The position numbers and the translations under genes were made by a program. Positions 10,579 through 21,751 of a stretch of 64,000 bases of DNA are shown here, piece by piece. The notes under the pieces were generated by a model that was not told where the DNA came from, did not search any database, and saw only the letters and a program-made list of their open reading frames with translations. The DNA lies in assembly GCA_016839555.1 (NCBI GenBank), contig JAEOUA010000006.1, positions 256,001-320,000 of the forward strand, read 5' to 3'. Source of the stretch: Promethearchaeota archaeon (lineage in GTDB: Archaea > Asgardarchaeota > Lokiarchaeia > Sigyniarchaeales > SOKP01). How positions within the stretch are numbered: position 1 is the stretch's first letter; every line of letters begins with the position of its first letter.

Positions 10579-13191
10579 ATGTTAAAATTTGATAAATTAA
10601 CAATTAAGGGGCAAGAAGCGCTTGTTTCTGCCCAATCATTAGCAGAGAATAACAATCATCAAAGAATTGAGCCGGTTCATATATTAATTTCATTAATAGA
10701 ACAACAAGATGGTATTACTCGGCCTTTATTGCAAAAATTAGGGATTAACATTGACCATCTTTTAGATGATTTAAACCTTGAATTGGAAAGATTACCTAAA
10801 GTGACGGGTCCAGGAGCCGGTCAATTAGCTATATCTTCACAAACTAAAAAAATGTTTGACGCGGCCTGGGAAGAAGCAGAAAAAATGAGAGACGAATATC
10901 TAAGTACCGAGCATCTTTTAATCGCAATGGCCTCCATTGAGTCATTATCCATCTATTCTATCATGAAAAACTTCGGAATTTCAAGAGATAGAATTTTACA
11001 AGCTTTAAAAGCTGTACGCGGCAGTAAGCGTATTATAGACCAGAATCCAGAAGCAAAATACCGTGCAATTGATAAATATAGTAGAAATCTTACCCATTTA
11101 GCACAGAGAGGGAAAATTGACCCCGTCATCGGGCGCGATCGGGAAATCAGACGATTAATGCATATTTTATGCCGGCGAACCAAAAATAATCCGGTACTCA
11201 TTGGTGAAGCGGGTGTGGGAAAGACGGCCATTGTAGAGGGTCTTGCTCAGAGAATTGCCAATGAAGATGTACCAGAATCACTTAAAGATAAGCAAATTAT
11301 TGCATTAGATCTAGCAGCAATGGTAGCTGGAGCAAAATATAGAGGAGAATTCGAGGATCGCTTAAAGGCCTTCTTAAAAGAAGTAGAAGAAGGAGCGGGA
11401 AAATATATTTTGTTTATTGATGAACTTCACACACTTGTTGGAGCAGGAGCAGCTGAAGGTGCGATTGATGCATCCAATATGTTGAAGCCGGCACTAGCAA
11501 GAGGAGAACTACGAGCTATAGGTGCTACAACTTTAGATGAATATCGAAAATATATTGAAAAAGATGCGGCATTAACCAGACGATTTCAAACGGTTTATGT
11601 AGAGGAACCTTCAGTAGAAGACACCATCGCGATTTTGAGAGGATTAAAAGAGAGATACGAAGTCCATCACGGCGTTCGGATATCCGATTCTGCTTTAATC
11701 TCGGCAGCAAAGCTTTCTGATAGATATATCTCAGATCGATTCTTGCCTGATAAAGCAATCGATTTGATGGATGAAGCAGCTTCACGATTACGCATAGAAA
11801 TTGATAGTATGCCCACGGAAATAGATGAGATCGATAGAAAAATCATTCAACTTGAAATTCAAAAAGAAGCATTGAAAAAAGAAACCGGAGAGGCTGCAGA
11901 AGAAAGAAAAAAGCGAATCAATGAAGAATTAGAAAATCTAAAGGAAAAAAGTGAACAACTAAAACTACGTTGGAAAAATGAGAAAAAAATAATTTCTCGA
12001 ATTAGTGAGATCAAAAAGGAAATGGAGCAAACAAAATTACAAGCCGAAAAGGCTGAAAAAAGAGGAGAATTAGAAAAAGCTGCTGAATTGACCTATGGAG
12101 TGTTAAATGATTTGAAAAAAGAATTAGAAAAGAATCAAAAAGAATTAGAAGCGATACAAGAAGAATCTCCTATGCTTAAGGAGGAGGTAGGTGAGGAGGA
12201 TATAGCTGAAGTTGTTTCTTCTTGGACGGGTATTCCTGTATCTAAAATGTTGGAAAGCGAAAGAGAAAAGTTAATAAAGATGGAAGATCGATTAAAAAAG
12301 AGAGTTGTGGGACAAGATCAAGCATTACGAACAGTATCCAATGCGATTCGCCGTTCAAGAGCCGGGATTCAAGATCCAAACAGACCAATTGGAGTATTTA
12401 TATTTTTGGGGCCTACAGGGGTGGGAAAAACGGAAACGGCAAAAGCCTTAGCGGAATTCTTATTTGATGATGAGGATGCAATGGTTCGAATTGATATGTC
12501 GGAATTTATGGAAAAGCATAGTGTTGCTCGATTAATTGGGGCGCCTCCTGGATATGTGGGTTTTGAGCAGGGAGGCTACTTAACAGAAGCGATACGTAGA
12601 CGACCCTATTCAGTTATATTATTTGATGAAATTGAAAAAGCCCATCCGGAAGTGTTTAATATTCTTCTACAAATTATGGACGATGGCAGGCTTACAGATG
12701 GTCATGGTAGAACGGTGGACTTTAAAAATACCATTCTTATAATGACTAGCAATATTGGAAGTGAATATATTCTAGAGACTCAAGAAAGAAATGAAGAAAT
12801 TGATAGAGATTTAATTTTAAAAACAATGCGAAGACATTTCAAACCTGAGTTTTTAAATAGAGTTGATGATATTATCATCTATAATTTCTTAACAAAAGAC
12901 AATATTAAAGATATCGTTGAGATACAAATAAACCATCTCAATAACACATTAGCGGACCATAAGATTCAAATTAAATTAACTGAAGATGCCAAGGAATTAC
13001 TCGCGAAAAAGGGATTTGATCCTGAATATGGTGCCCGACCATTAAAAAGAACTATACAAAAACTAATTCAAGACCCATTATCGCTAAAAATATTAGAAGG
13101 AAAGTTCATGGAAGGCGACGTAATTGAAATTGATGTAAACAGTCATAATGAATTAGAATTTGAAAAAATTTATAGTAAGAATTTAATATAA
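10579..13191 (+). CDS. clpB: ATP-dependent disaggregase ClpB
   Basis: Two AAA+ modules ([16 protein letters not shown]), long M-domain coiled coil, [15 protein letters not shown]. Confidence 0.98.
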   Translation: MLKFDKLTIKGQEALVSAQSLAENNNHQRIEPVHILISLIEQQDGITRPLLQKLGINIDHLLDDLNLELERLPKVTGPGAGQLAISSQTKKMFDAAWEEAEKMRDEYLSTEHLLIAMASIESLSIYSIMKNFGISRDRILQALKAVRGSKRIIDQNPEAKYRAIDKYSRNLTHLAQRGKIDPVIGRDREIRRLMHILCRRTKNNPVLIGEAGVGKTAIVEGLAQRIANEDVPESLKDKQIIALDLAAMVAGAKYRGEFEDRLKAFLKEVEEGAGKYILFIDELHTLVGAGAAEGAIDASNMLKPALARGELRAIGATTLDEYRKYIEKDAALTRRFQTVYVEEPSVEDTIAILRGLKERYEVHHGVRISDSALISAAKLSDRYISDRFLPDKAIDLMDEAASRLRIEIDSMPTEIDEIDRKIIQLEIQKEALKKETGEAAEERKKRINEELENLKEKSEQLKLRWKNEKKIISRISEIKKEMEQTKLQAEKAEKRGELEKAAELTYGVLNDLKKELEKNQKELEAIQEESPMLKEEVGEEDIAEVVSSWTGIPVSKMLESEREKLIKMEDRLKKRVVGQDQALRTVSNAIRRSRAGIQDPNRPIGVFIFLGPTGVGKTETAKALAEFLFDDEDAMVRIDMSEFMEKHSVARLIGAPPGYVGFEQGGYLTEAIRRRPYSVILFDEIEKAHPEVFNILLQIMDDGRLTDGHGRTVDFKNTILIMTSNIGSEYILETQERNEEIDRDLILKTMRRHFKPEFLNRVDDIIIYNFLTKDNIKDIVEIQINHLNNTLADHKIQIKLTEDAKELLAKKGFDPEYGARPLKRTIQKLIQDPLSLKILEGKFMEGDVIEIDVNSHNELEFEKIYSKNLI

Positions 13192-13226
13192 GTATTGTAT
13201 ATATTATTATGGGGTTGGTATGAGTT

Positions 13227-14126
13227 TTGGAAATAAAAATTGAAAAGAATAATATCGCTGGCACATGTCCCGAATGTGGTGGGGAGATTATTTCTTTAGA
13301 GGAGAAAAAAGAGCTCGTATGCAGCAACTGTGGGCTTGTTATCAGTGAGAGAGGTATGGATTATGCTCATAGTGGAAAACGGGCTTATACTGAAAGTGAA
13401 AAAAATTCCAGAAAGCGAACAGGCTCCCCTATCTCAAATCTCATACCAGATATGGAATTAACCACTATAATTGATAAAAAGAATATTCAAAATCCGGATC
13501 TGAAGAGGGCAGCTAAATGGGACACCAGGATGCCCTGGAAAAAGCGCAATCTCTTAATAGCTACCACTGAATTGAAGCGTATAAGTAGCAATCTTAATTT
13601 ACCTCATCATGTAAAAGAGGAAGCTATTCAACTCTATAAAAAAGCATTTAAAAAGAAATTATTGCGTGGAAGGTCTATTAATGCTATGGTAGCCGCTTCT
13701 TTATATTTTTCTTGCAGGAAAAAAAGAATTCCACGAACCCTTCAGGAGATTTTAGATCAGACATCAGAGAGCGGAAAAGATGTGAGGAGAGCTTATAAAG
13801 CGCTTATTAGAGAATTAAAATTGAAAGCACCGCTGACAGATCCCAGTACTTTAATACCCCGATATATTGCAAATTTAAATTTACCTATTGAAATAGAACG
13901 ATTAGCTATTCAAATTGTAAAAGATTTTCGCAGAATATATCCTACCAGTGGTAAAGATCCTAAGGGAATCTGTGCAGGAGCCATATATTTTGCCTGTCGG
14001 AAAAAGAATATTAATATTACTCAAAAAGAATTAGCAGATACGGTGGGAGTCACAGAAGTAACTCTTCGCTCTAGATATAAAGAAATGAGAAATCTTTCCA
14101 ATATTGCAATTGAAAAAGCACATTAA
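13227..14126 (+). CDS. tfb: Transcription initiation factor IIB paralog
   Basis: Zn ribbon CPECGG...CSNCGLV, RGRS, GKDP, VTEVTLRSRYKE cyclin repeats. Confidence 0.95.
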   Translation: MEIKIEKNNIAGTCPECGGEIISLEEKKELVCSNCGLVISERGMDYAHSGKRAYTESEKNSRKRTGSPISNLIPDMELTTIIDKKNIQNPDLKRAAKWDTRMPWKKRNLLIATTELKRISSNLNLPHHVKEEAIQLYKKAFKKKLLRGRSINAMVAASLYFSCRKKRIPRTLQEILDQTSESGKDVRRAYKALIRELKLKAPLTDPSTLIPRYIANLNLPIEIERLAIQIVKDFRRIYPTSGKDPKGICAGAIYFACRKKNINITQKELADTVGVTEVTLRSRYKEMRNLSNIAIEKAH

Positions 14127-14144
14127 TACAATTAAAATATTTTT

Positions 14145-14840
14145 TTATGAAATATCTGCTCGATCGAATAGTCTTCTTTTCAATTTTAACAAATTTGTGT
14201 CTTCATTATAATCTATTAAATCGATATTAGCTAATTCATGAATTGCTCGTAAAACCATAGCGCCAGAAATTCCTGTGGTTTTCTTTATTTCATCTCTCGT
14301 CATTTCTTCTTTTTCTCCATGGAGAGTCATTAAAATCCTAAAGTGAGGTTGTCCCTGCCATATTTCCTGTAATAAAACGTTATATATAGACAGCAATGCT
14401 TTGATTTTATTAATGTTAAACTCTTCTTCTTCTTTATCAACAACAATTTTAGAAAGATTTTTTAGTTCTTCCTTGAGGGATTCATATTCTTTAAGTAATT
14501 TTTTTTGTTCCGTAGTTAAATCACCAATTTTTTGATCTCGTTCTTGCTTCTCTCTCTCCAATTTTTTTGTCTCTTCTTCCAATTGTGTTTTATCTTGTTC
14601 TAACTTTATTTTATCATCTTCTAATGCATGTTTTTCTCTCTCTAATTTTTTTGTTTCTTGTTCTAATTGCTGTTTTTCTTTTTCTAAGAGTGCCTTTTCA
14701 TTACTTAATTGTTCCTTATCTTCTTCTAATTGGTTTAATTCTTCTTTAGCTTTTTGAAGAGAAACTTTTATATCCTCAATAGCGTTTAAAGTGTTATTTA
14801 TGACTTTGATAGTATTTTTTTCTTCCGTCATTGTATTCAC
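14145..14840 (-). CDS. Coiled-coil protein with C-terminal winged-helix domain
   Basis: Heptad repeats (LEQETKKLEREK / LEEETKKLEREK); C-terminal MTRDEIKKTTGISGAMVLRAIHEL; start may be ATG 14831. Confidence 0.75.
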   Translation of the reverse strand: MNTMTEEKNTIKVINNTLNAIEDIKVSLQKAKEELNQLEEDKEQLSNEKALLEKEKQQLEQETKKLEREKHALEDDKIKLEQDKTQLEEETKKLEREKQERDQKIGDLTTEQKKLLKEYESLKEELKNLSKIVVDKEEEEFNINKIKALLSIYNVLLQEIWQGQPHFRILMTLHGEKEEMTRDEIKKTTGISGAMVLRAIHELANIDLIDYNEDTNLLKLKRRLFDRADIS

Positions 14841-15141
14841 ATGATAATTAATACTCTATTTATATATAAAAATGAGTATTATAATATGCTATTAAACTCA
14901 ATATATCTATGAATAATTATTTCAGTAATTCTAAATGTTTAAAGAGGGATTAGTCTAATCTAAATAATCTATAGAAATTAATTCTCAAATAAATCCTAAT
15001 TTCTATATTTTTTTAGAATTTATATCTTATTTAAAAAATTTTTAAATAATTACAAAAATATATTTTATTAAGTTTTAAAGAACAATCTAATGAAAAGAAC
15101 ATAATTTACAAAAAAAATATTGACTTTAGCAGTGAAATAAA

Positions 15142-17799
15142 ATGAGTAAAGTAGATAATCTAAATAAATTAAATCAACCTTGGACAAGATCTAAAGAAGA
15201 AATCTCAGAACTCTTAAAGGTGGATCCTTCTAGGGGCCTAACAGACATAGAAGCGAAAAAGCGATTGGAAACCTTTGGTCCCAACCAACTTGAAGAGGAG
15301 AGAAAGGTGAGTTTTCTAAAAGTATTGGTTCATGAAATATTTGAACCAATGATACTTCTTTTATTTGGAGTAGGGATTCTTTACACGTTATTCGGTATAT
15401 TCTTTAAGACGGGAGATATTTATGATGCGATTACAATTTTTGTTATCATTGCAGTTCTGGTATTTGTAGAAATCTATAATGAATATCGTGCTAAAAAAAC
15501 TATAGCATCATTAAAAAAATTAGCAGAACCGGAAGTTAACGTCCTCCGAGATAATAGCATTAAAACTATTAAAACCGAAGAATTAATTCCTGGAGATATT
15601 ATTTATTTGAATGTGGGAAAAAAAGTCCCTGCAGATGTAAGATTATTAGAAGCATATGGTTTGCAAATAGATGAATCTCCCCTTACAGGAGAATCTACTC
15701 CGGTAACTAAACAGGTAGATGATGTTTTGAAAGATGATACAGATCTAATGGAAAGAAATAATATGGCATTTGCTGGAACTACGGCGGTTAAGGGAAAGGG
15801 AAAGGGACTCATTGTGGCAACAGCGATGGATACAGAATTAGGAAAAATTGCAGGATTGACAAAAACAATAAAAGAACCAAAAACGCCATTACAGCTCGCT
15901 ATGAAACAATTATCATTGTGGCTTGTAGGGGTTGCATTATTTTTTGCAATTTTAATCCCGGTGATAGGGATCATTCGTAATCCATCAGAATGGTATGAAA
16001 TGGTTTTAACAGGATTAAGTCTTTCTTTTGCCACGATTCCAGAAGAATTGCCGATTATTATCACAATTGTGTTAGCATTAGGATCTTATGCTCTAACTAA
16101 GAATAATGCATTAGTAAAATATTTGAGGACTGCTGAAACTTTGGGAAGTGTAACGGTAATTGCAACTGATAAAACGGGCACTTTAACTAAAAATGAGATG
16201 AAACTGAGTCAGATTTATTCTGATAATGAAATAGTTCAATTAAATGGTAAAAGTTTATCTGAAGGGCAAAAAAAAATATTAGAAATTGGAGCATTGGTAA
16301 ATGACGTATTAATTGATATACAAGAGGGGAAATATTCCTATAAAGGGGATCCTATGGAAATTGCACTAATTAAAGCGGCTAAGGAAGCTCAATTGTCCTA
16401 TTCAGACCTCATTAAAAAATATGAACTGAAACGGGAGTTTACTTTTGATAATAAACGAATGATGATGTCACAAATATATAAAATGAACGGTAATTATACA
16501 TTATTTTTAAAGGGTGCCACTGAAGAAATTCTTACCAGAGCAAATCAAATCTTCTCTAATGGATCGTTAAAACAATTAAATAACGAGATTAAGGAGCAAA
16601 TATTAGAAAAAGTTGAAACCATGGCAGGAGAAGGCTTACGAGTATTAGGTTTTGCCTATAAAGAACTAGAAAATTCAGAACTCTCTCAAGAAGAAGCGGA
16701 GCAAGATCTGATATTTGTGGGTATTGGAGGATTTATAGATCCTCCCAGAGAAGAAGTAAAAGATGCCATTGAAGCATGTAGGAATGCAGGTATTAAAGTT
16801 AAAATGATAACAGGAGATTATGAGAAAACAGCACGAATAATAGCTGATCAACTAGGTATCGAGGTGAAAAACGTGCGTCTCGGAAAGGAGATAGACGCAA
16901 TGGGTGAAGAACTCTTAAAAAACGAAGTTAATCAAGTAAACGTGTTTGCCAGAACAACTCCCGAGCATAAATTAAAGATTGTAACTGCTCTAAAAGAAAA
17001 TAATGAGCGAGTAGCTGTTACTGGTGATGGAATTAATGATGCTCCAGCTCTTAAGAAAGCAGATATTGGTGTGGCAATGGGAGTGAGTGGTACCGATGTA
17101 GCGAGAGAATCTGCCGACATGGTACTATTAGATGATAATTTTGCGACTATCACTCTCGCAGTAAAACAAGGAAGAAAATTATACGATAATTTGCGGAAAG
17201 GAGTAAGATATTATCTTTCAGTCAAAATGGCCTTAATATTTATATTTCTCTTACCTATAATTTTTGGAGTTCAATTACCCTTTGCACCGATTCAAATCAT
17301 TTTATTAGAATTATTTATGGATTTAGCTGCTTCAGCGACCTTCGTTGTTGAACCGAGCGAAACTGATGTGATGAAGTTACCTCCCCGGGATCCTGAAGTG
17401 AAATTTATGGATAGGGAGATGAATTTAGGAATACTTATGGGAGGGTTAAGTTTGATTGGAGCTGTATTGATTATCTATTTCGCATCTCTTCCTATAGTTG
17501 ATGAAGAAACTGCAAGAACAATCGCCTTTGCTACTTGGATGGTAAGTCATGTATTTTTAGCCTTTAATATGAGAACCATGAGAGATCCCTTGATAAAAGT
17601 AGGGTTTTTCTCTAATAAATTCATGATCCTTTGGGCAATTGGAGCAATTGGAGTTACTATTCTATTTATCTACGTTCCCGTTTTACAAGATCTATTGCTT
17701 GTTACAGAAATTGATCCAATTATTTGGCTTGGCATATTCGGAATTTCGATCGCATTCAGTTTTTGGATGGAAATAGTTAAAATATTATTAAAAAAATAA
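15142..17799 (+). CDS. Cation-transporting P-type ATPase (type II, Ca2+-like)
   Basis: TGES, PEEL, DKTGTLT, DPPR, MITGD, GDGIND. Confidence 0.95.
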   Translation: MSKVDNLNKLNQPWTRSKEEISELLKVDPSRGLTDIEAKKRLETFGPNQLEEERKVSFLKVLVHEIFEPMILLLFGVGILYTLFGIFFKTGDIYDAITIFVIIAVLVFVEIYNEYRAKKTIASLKKLAEPEVNVLRDNSIKTIKTEELIPGDIIYLNVGKKVPADVRLLEAYGLQIDESPLTGESTPVTKQVDDVLKDDTDLMERNNMAFAGTTAVKGKGKGLIVATAMDTELGKIAGLTKTIKEPKTPLQLAMKQLSLWLVGVALFFAILIPVIGIIRNPSEWYEMVLTGLSLSFATIPEELPIIITIVLALGSYALTKNNALVKYLRTAETLGSVTVIATDKTGTLTKNEMKLSQIYSDNEIVQLNGKSLSEGQKKILEIGALVNDVLIDIQEGKYSYKGDPMEIALIKAAKEAQLSYSDLIKKYELKREFTFDNKRMMMSQIYKMNGNYTLFLKGATEEILTRANQIFSNGSLKQLNNEIKEQILEKVETMAGEGLRVLGFAYKELENSELSQEEAEQDLIFVGIGGFIDPPREEVKDAIEACRNAGIKVKMITGDYEKTARIIADQLGIEVKNVRLGKEIDAMGEELLKNEVNQVNVFARTTPEHKLKIVTALKENNERVAVTGDGINDAPALKKADIGVAMGVSGTDVARESADMVLLDDNFATITLAVKQGRKLYDNLRKGVRYYLSVKMALIFIFLLPIIFGVQLPFAPIQIILLELFMDLAASATFVVEPSETDVMKLPPRDPEVKFMDREMNLGILMGGLSLIGAVLIIYFASLPIVDEETARTIAFATWMVSHVFLAFNMRTMRDPLIKVGFFSNKFMILWAIGAIGVTILFIYVPVLQDLLLVTEIDPIIWLGIFGISIAFSFWMEIVKILLKK

Positions 17800-17973
17800 A
17801 TTTTTAATTTTTTTTTTCTTTTTTTAAAAATAATCAAAAAATCTTTTCTCGGACTGTCTTTTTTAAGATTTAAGTGATTCTTGTGAATTATCTATAACTT
17901 ATATTATAAATCTTTTTAAACATCACTAATTTTAATAATATTAAAAATTAATGCTTGAAAAGCTGCAAAACTA

Positions 17974-18231
17974 GTGTCCATGTCTGAGGCAACATTTTTC
18001 TTATTTATTGCGGGTGCAAATGCATTAATATCTAAGAAAGCATTGAAGAATATTAAAAATAAATTCAAGGAGAAGCATTATTCTCTAATGGTTGTTGATA
18101 TTTTAGAAAATCCTCATGTTGCGGAATCAGTCGGAATTGTGGCGACTCCCTTATTAATGAGGACTTCCCCTGAACCCGTAAGAAGGTTTATAGGGGACTT
18201 TACTAATTCTGAACAAGATTTATTCATTTAA
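17974..18231 (+). CDS. kaiB: KaiB family protein
   Basis: LFIAG...SKKALKN, VVDILENPHVAE, ATPLL, PEPVRRFIGD match the KaiB pattern; directly upstream of kaiC; start may be ATG 17980. Confidence 0.9.
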   Translation: MSMSEATFFLFIAGANALISKKALKNIKNKFKEKHYSLMVVDILENPHVAESVGIVATPLLMRTSPEPVRRFIGDFTNSEQDLFI

Positions 18232-18260
18232 ATTTTTACTTAAGCTCAATTGGTCTATTC

Positions 18261-19724
18261 ATGAAAAATATAGAAAAGATACCTAGTGGTATTGAAGGAT
18301 TTGATATCATTTCTATGGGGGGGATTCCTAAAAACAAAATGACCTTAATTTCTGGTACACCAGGGAGTGGTAAAACAATTTTTTGCACGCAATTTCTTGT
18401 TGGGGGAATTATCACTTCTAATGAGCCAGCTGTGTTTGTAACTTTTGAAGAATCTCCAGAGGATATCATAATTAATATGGAGCATTTCGGCTGGGATATT
18501 CAACACTATTTAGATGCTAGTCTCTGGAAATTTGTAGATGTTTCACCTCGAATAGATGAAGATTTTTTGATTAGGGGAAATTATGACCTCAGCGGCCTGA
18601 TAGTTCGAATTAAATCCGCAGTGGAAAAGATAAGAGCAAAACGAGTGGTTTTGGACTCTATAAGTGTTCTTTTTAATAAATATCCCGACACAGATATCAT
18701 AAGAAAGGAAATAATAAGGCTTAAATCTTTATTAAAATCTTTATATGTAACTTCGCTAATAACTTCGGAACGCTACGAAGAACTTGGAGGTGGAAGTTCT
18801 CATTATGATGTTCTTGATTTTGTCAGCGATAATGTGATTATCTTCAAAAATTCGATGTTTGAAGAATATCGCCGGCGAACGATCGAGATTATGAAATATC
18901 GGGGTGCCGCCCATAAAAAAGGACAACACTCGTTTACCATCAAAAATAATAAAGGAATAATAGTTATTTCTTTTGAAAGGAATCCTAATAAAAAAAAGCT
19001 TGAGCGAAAAAGGAAATCAACTGGAATAAAAACTTTAGACGAGATCACGGGTGGTGGATTTTTCGAAGGATCATCCGTTCTTGTTTCAGGTCAGACAGGC
19101 ACTGGAAAAACCCTTTTAGCGCTTTCAATGCTTGATGGGGCACTCCAACATGGAGAAAAATGCATATTGTTCAATTATGAAGAAAGTCGCGAACAAATCC
19201 TCCAGAAAGCTCGTACTTGGGACATAGATTTAATAGATGCTGAAAAAAATGGAAATCTTAAAATAATATGCATATATCCAGAATCACAAGGAATCGAGGA
19301 TCTTATTGTAGATATGAAATCGATAATACAAACTTTTAAACCAGAACGAATATTTATCGACAGTATTTCTGCTTTAGAACGTATTACCACCAAGCTTACG
19401 TTTAGACAATCGCTTATTAATCTCTTTCTCCTTGCGAAAGAAGAAAATATAATTGCAGTTTTTACCACTACGGCTCCCACTTTTTCTGGACCCTTTTTAG
19501 AGACAAAAAAACATGTTACTACCCTTTCTGATGCGATTCTCTTGCTAAGATATTTTGAGCGAGAAGGAGAAATGATTCGCGGCATCGCTATCATGAAAAT
19601 GAGAGATTCTGTCCATTCAAAGCGATTTTTAGAATATTCTATCGATAATAAAGGCTTTCATATCCTTTCGCCTATAGAGGATAATGCAGGAATATGTGAT
19701 TTTTTTAGAATAGAAAAAATGTAA
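18261..19724 (+). CDS. kaiC: KaiC double-domain ATPase/autokinase
   Basis: CI: GTPGSGKT, FEES, KYRG; CII: GQTGTGKT, YEES, KMRD; HVTTLSD at the phosphosite position. Confidence 0.93.
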   Translation: MKNIEKIPSGIEGFDIISMGGIPKNKMTLISGTPGSGKTIFCTQFLVGGIITSNEPAVFVTFEESPEDIIINMEHFGWDIQHYLDASLWKFVDVSPRIDEDFLIRGNYDLSGLIVRIKSAVEKIRAKRVVLDSISVLFNKYPDTDIIRKEIIRLKSLLKSLYVTSLITSERYEELGGGSSHYDVLDFVSDNVIIFKNSMFEEYRRRTIEIMKYRGAAHKKGQHSFTIKNNKGIIVISFERNPNKKKLERKRKSTGIKTLDEITGGGFFEGSSVLVSGQTGTGKTLLALSMLDGALQHGEKCILFNYEESREQILQKARTWDIDLIDAEKNGNLKIICIYPESQGIEDLIVDMKSIIQTFKPERIFIDSISALERITTKLTFRQSLINLFLLAKEENIIAVFTTTAPTFSGPFLETKKHVTTLSDAILLLRYFEREGEMIRGIAIMKMRDSVHSKRFLEYSIDNKGFHILSPIEDNAGICDFFRIEKM

Positions 19725-19792
19725 ATTATTCAATATTAGAGATAATAACAAACATAATAAAATAGTAAAAGAAAAAAAAAATAAAGTATAAA

Positions 19793-20398
19793 TTACCAAA
19801 TTTCGAATTTCTCATCAAGTTTGCCCTTAAATACTATTAAATATGGTATCAGTAAGTCCCATATGGATTGCAGGATATTAAAGACAAATGCAAATAAAAT
19901 CCATCCACCAATCCCCTCCATTGATCCAGTAATATATGGGTAAACAATAATATTTAATGGAATCATAATCCCTAATCTTAAGAGAATTGAAAGAACTCCT
20001 ACTATTGCGTATTTTTTAGGATTTTTTAGTTTTTCACTGCCATATCCATCCTTTTTATAAAGTTTTAGAATAATAGTGGGTCCAATAATCATGGGAATGG
20101 TAGCTGCGAATTTTAAGAAGGGTCCTAATGGTGCGAAAGGATCAAATGGCATTAATCCTAACATACCAATTATAGAGCATAAAATTCCTGCTAATGGTCC
20201 AAATAACTGAAAACATAATACCCATATTATTGAAACTGGATCAAAATATGCAAATCCTAAGGGATGTCGAGGTATAAACGCAGCTATAAAAGAAATAGCT
20301 ATTGATAATCCTCCGAATATTGCAGCCCCAACTATTTTCAAAGTTAATTGAGACTTAGCGCTCCTTACAGTTTCTATTTCTTGTGTTTCTTCACTCAA
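19793..20398 (-). CDS. ECF transporter S-component-like membrane protein
   Basis: About 6 TM segments, FDPVSI...LFGP motif. Confidence 0.7.
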   Translation of the reverse strand: MSEETQEIETVRSAKSQLTLKIVGAAIFGGLSIAISFIAAFIPRHPLGFAYFDPVSIIWVLCFQLFGPLAGILCSIIGMLGLMPFDPFAPLGPFLKFAATIPMIIGPTIILKLYKKDGYGSEKLKNPKKYAIVGVLSILLRLGIMIPLNIIVYPYITGSMEGIGGWILFAFVFNILQSIWDLLIPYLIVFKGKLDEKFEIW

Positions 20399-20661
20399 TT
20401 TTTTTCACGTATAATTTTATATGAGATAATAATTTACCTTTTTTAAACATTTTTAGGTAGACTTAATTTATTATTAGCGACTTGTAAACATTTGAGTTCC
20501 TAAACATTAAAGGATATAATAATTTTTGGTTTAGAAATATTTCTTACTTTGCTAATATGAATAATATAAAGTTTGATTCGAGTTTTGAAGGTTTTAAATC
20601 ATAAATCTTCGCTATCCATTTATGAGTAGGATATTAAAAAGGAAGAAAAATAAAGAGTGAA

Positions 20662-21561
20662 TTAGATATTATATATATTTGCAGCGTTTTCTCCTAGGAT
20701 CATCTCTTTTTCTTCTTTATTTAACTCCGGCAATCCCATTAATTTCAAAGGAGGAGGCAATTTTAATTTTTTAATCCCCTCTACCCACTCCTTTAATGAG
20801 ACTATTGGCGTAAATAATGGCCAATCTGAACCAAATAGCACTTTTTTAATCCCACATCCTAATTTTGCTTGTGCAAGAGTTTGCATCAGAGCCACAGGAG
20901 CAAACTTGAATTGTCCCTCCCAACCTGAAATATCAAAATAAATGTTAAAATTTTTTGTGGCTACGGAAAGTGCTTCACTTATCCAAGGATTTCCTACATG
21001 AGCCATTATTATTTTAAGATCTGGAAAGTCTATCGCAACTTTATCGAGGTTAACGGGATGACAATATTTTAAATAAGTTCCAGGAGGGGGTGCTCCGGTA
21101 TGACACAAAATAATTGCTCCAAGTTCTTGCGCACGTTCATAGAATGGATAATAGGAATAATCATCGGGAAAAAAACCTGTTTGAGGCCATAATTTTACAC
21201 CTCTCATACCTAATTCATTCATACATCTATCAAGCTCTTGAATACCTTCTTTGCCTCTTCTAGGATCAATCCCTGCCAAACCTATCAACCTATCTGGATA
21301 TTCTTGTATAAGATTTGCCACATAATCATTATATCCCTTATATGGAACTTTACCTCTAAAAAGAAATCCATAGTCTATTCCAACGATCACAGTTTTATCT
21401 ATTCCTGCTTCATCCATTTCTCGAATCAATCGCTCCACGGTAGCATTAAATAATTGAGAAGGATCAAAATCTTTTCGAGCGCATATATCTAATATGATTT
21501 TCCTTAATTCTTCTGACATTAATTCTTCTTCCCAAATATGACAATGAGCATCTATTATCAA
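20662..21561 (-). CDS. Amidohydrolase family 2 protein
   Basis: IDAHCH, HTG, AHVG, FGSDWP. Confidence 0.9.
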   Translation of the reverse strand: MIIDAHCHIWEEELMSEELRKIILDICARKDFDPSQLFNATVERLIREMDEAGIDKTVIVGIDYGFLFRGKVPYKGYNDYVANLIQEYPDRLIGLAGIDPRRGKEGIQELDRCMNELGMRGVKLWPQTGFFPDDYSYYPFYERAQELGAIILCHTGAPPPGTYLKYCHPVNLDKVAIDFPDLKIIMAHVGNPWISEALSVATKNFNIYFDISGWEGQFKFAPVALMQTLAQAKLGCGIKKVLFGSDWPLFTPIVSLKEWVEGIKKLKLPPPLKLMGLPELNKEEKEMILGENAANIYNI

Positions 21562-21751
21562 TATTCATCACCTAATTTATTAGGAATAATATATTGGATT
21601 AAAAGTATGCTATGAAATTAAATATTTAAACTTTCTTTATTATTTTTTAGATTTTGATGTTAAAAATCTTGACTCATAAATCTTAACTATTCATTTTAAA
21701 TGAATAGATTAAAAAAAAATAAAATAAAACTAATAAATTATTATCTAAACT

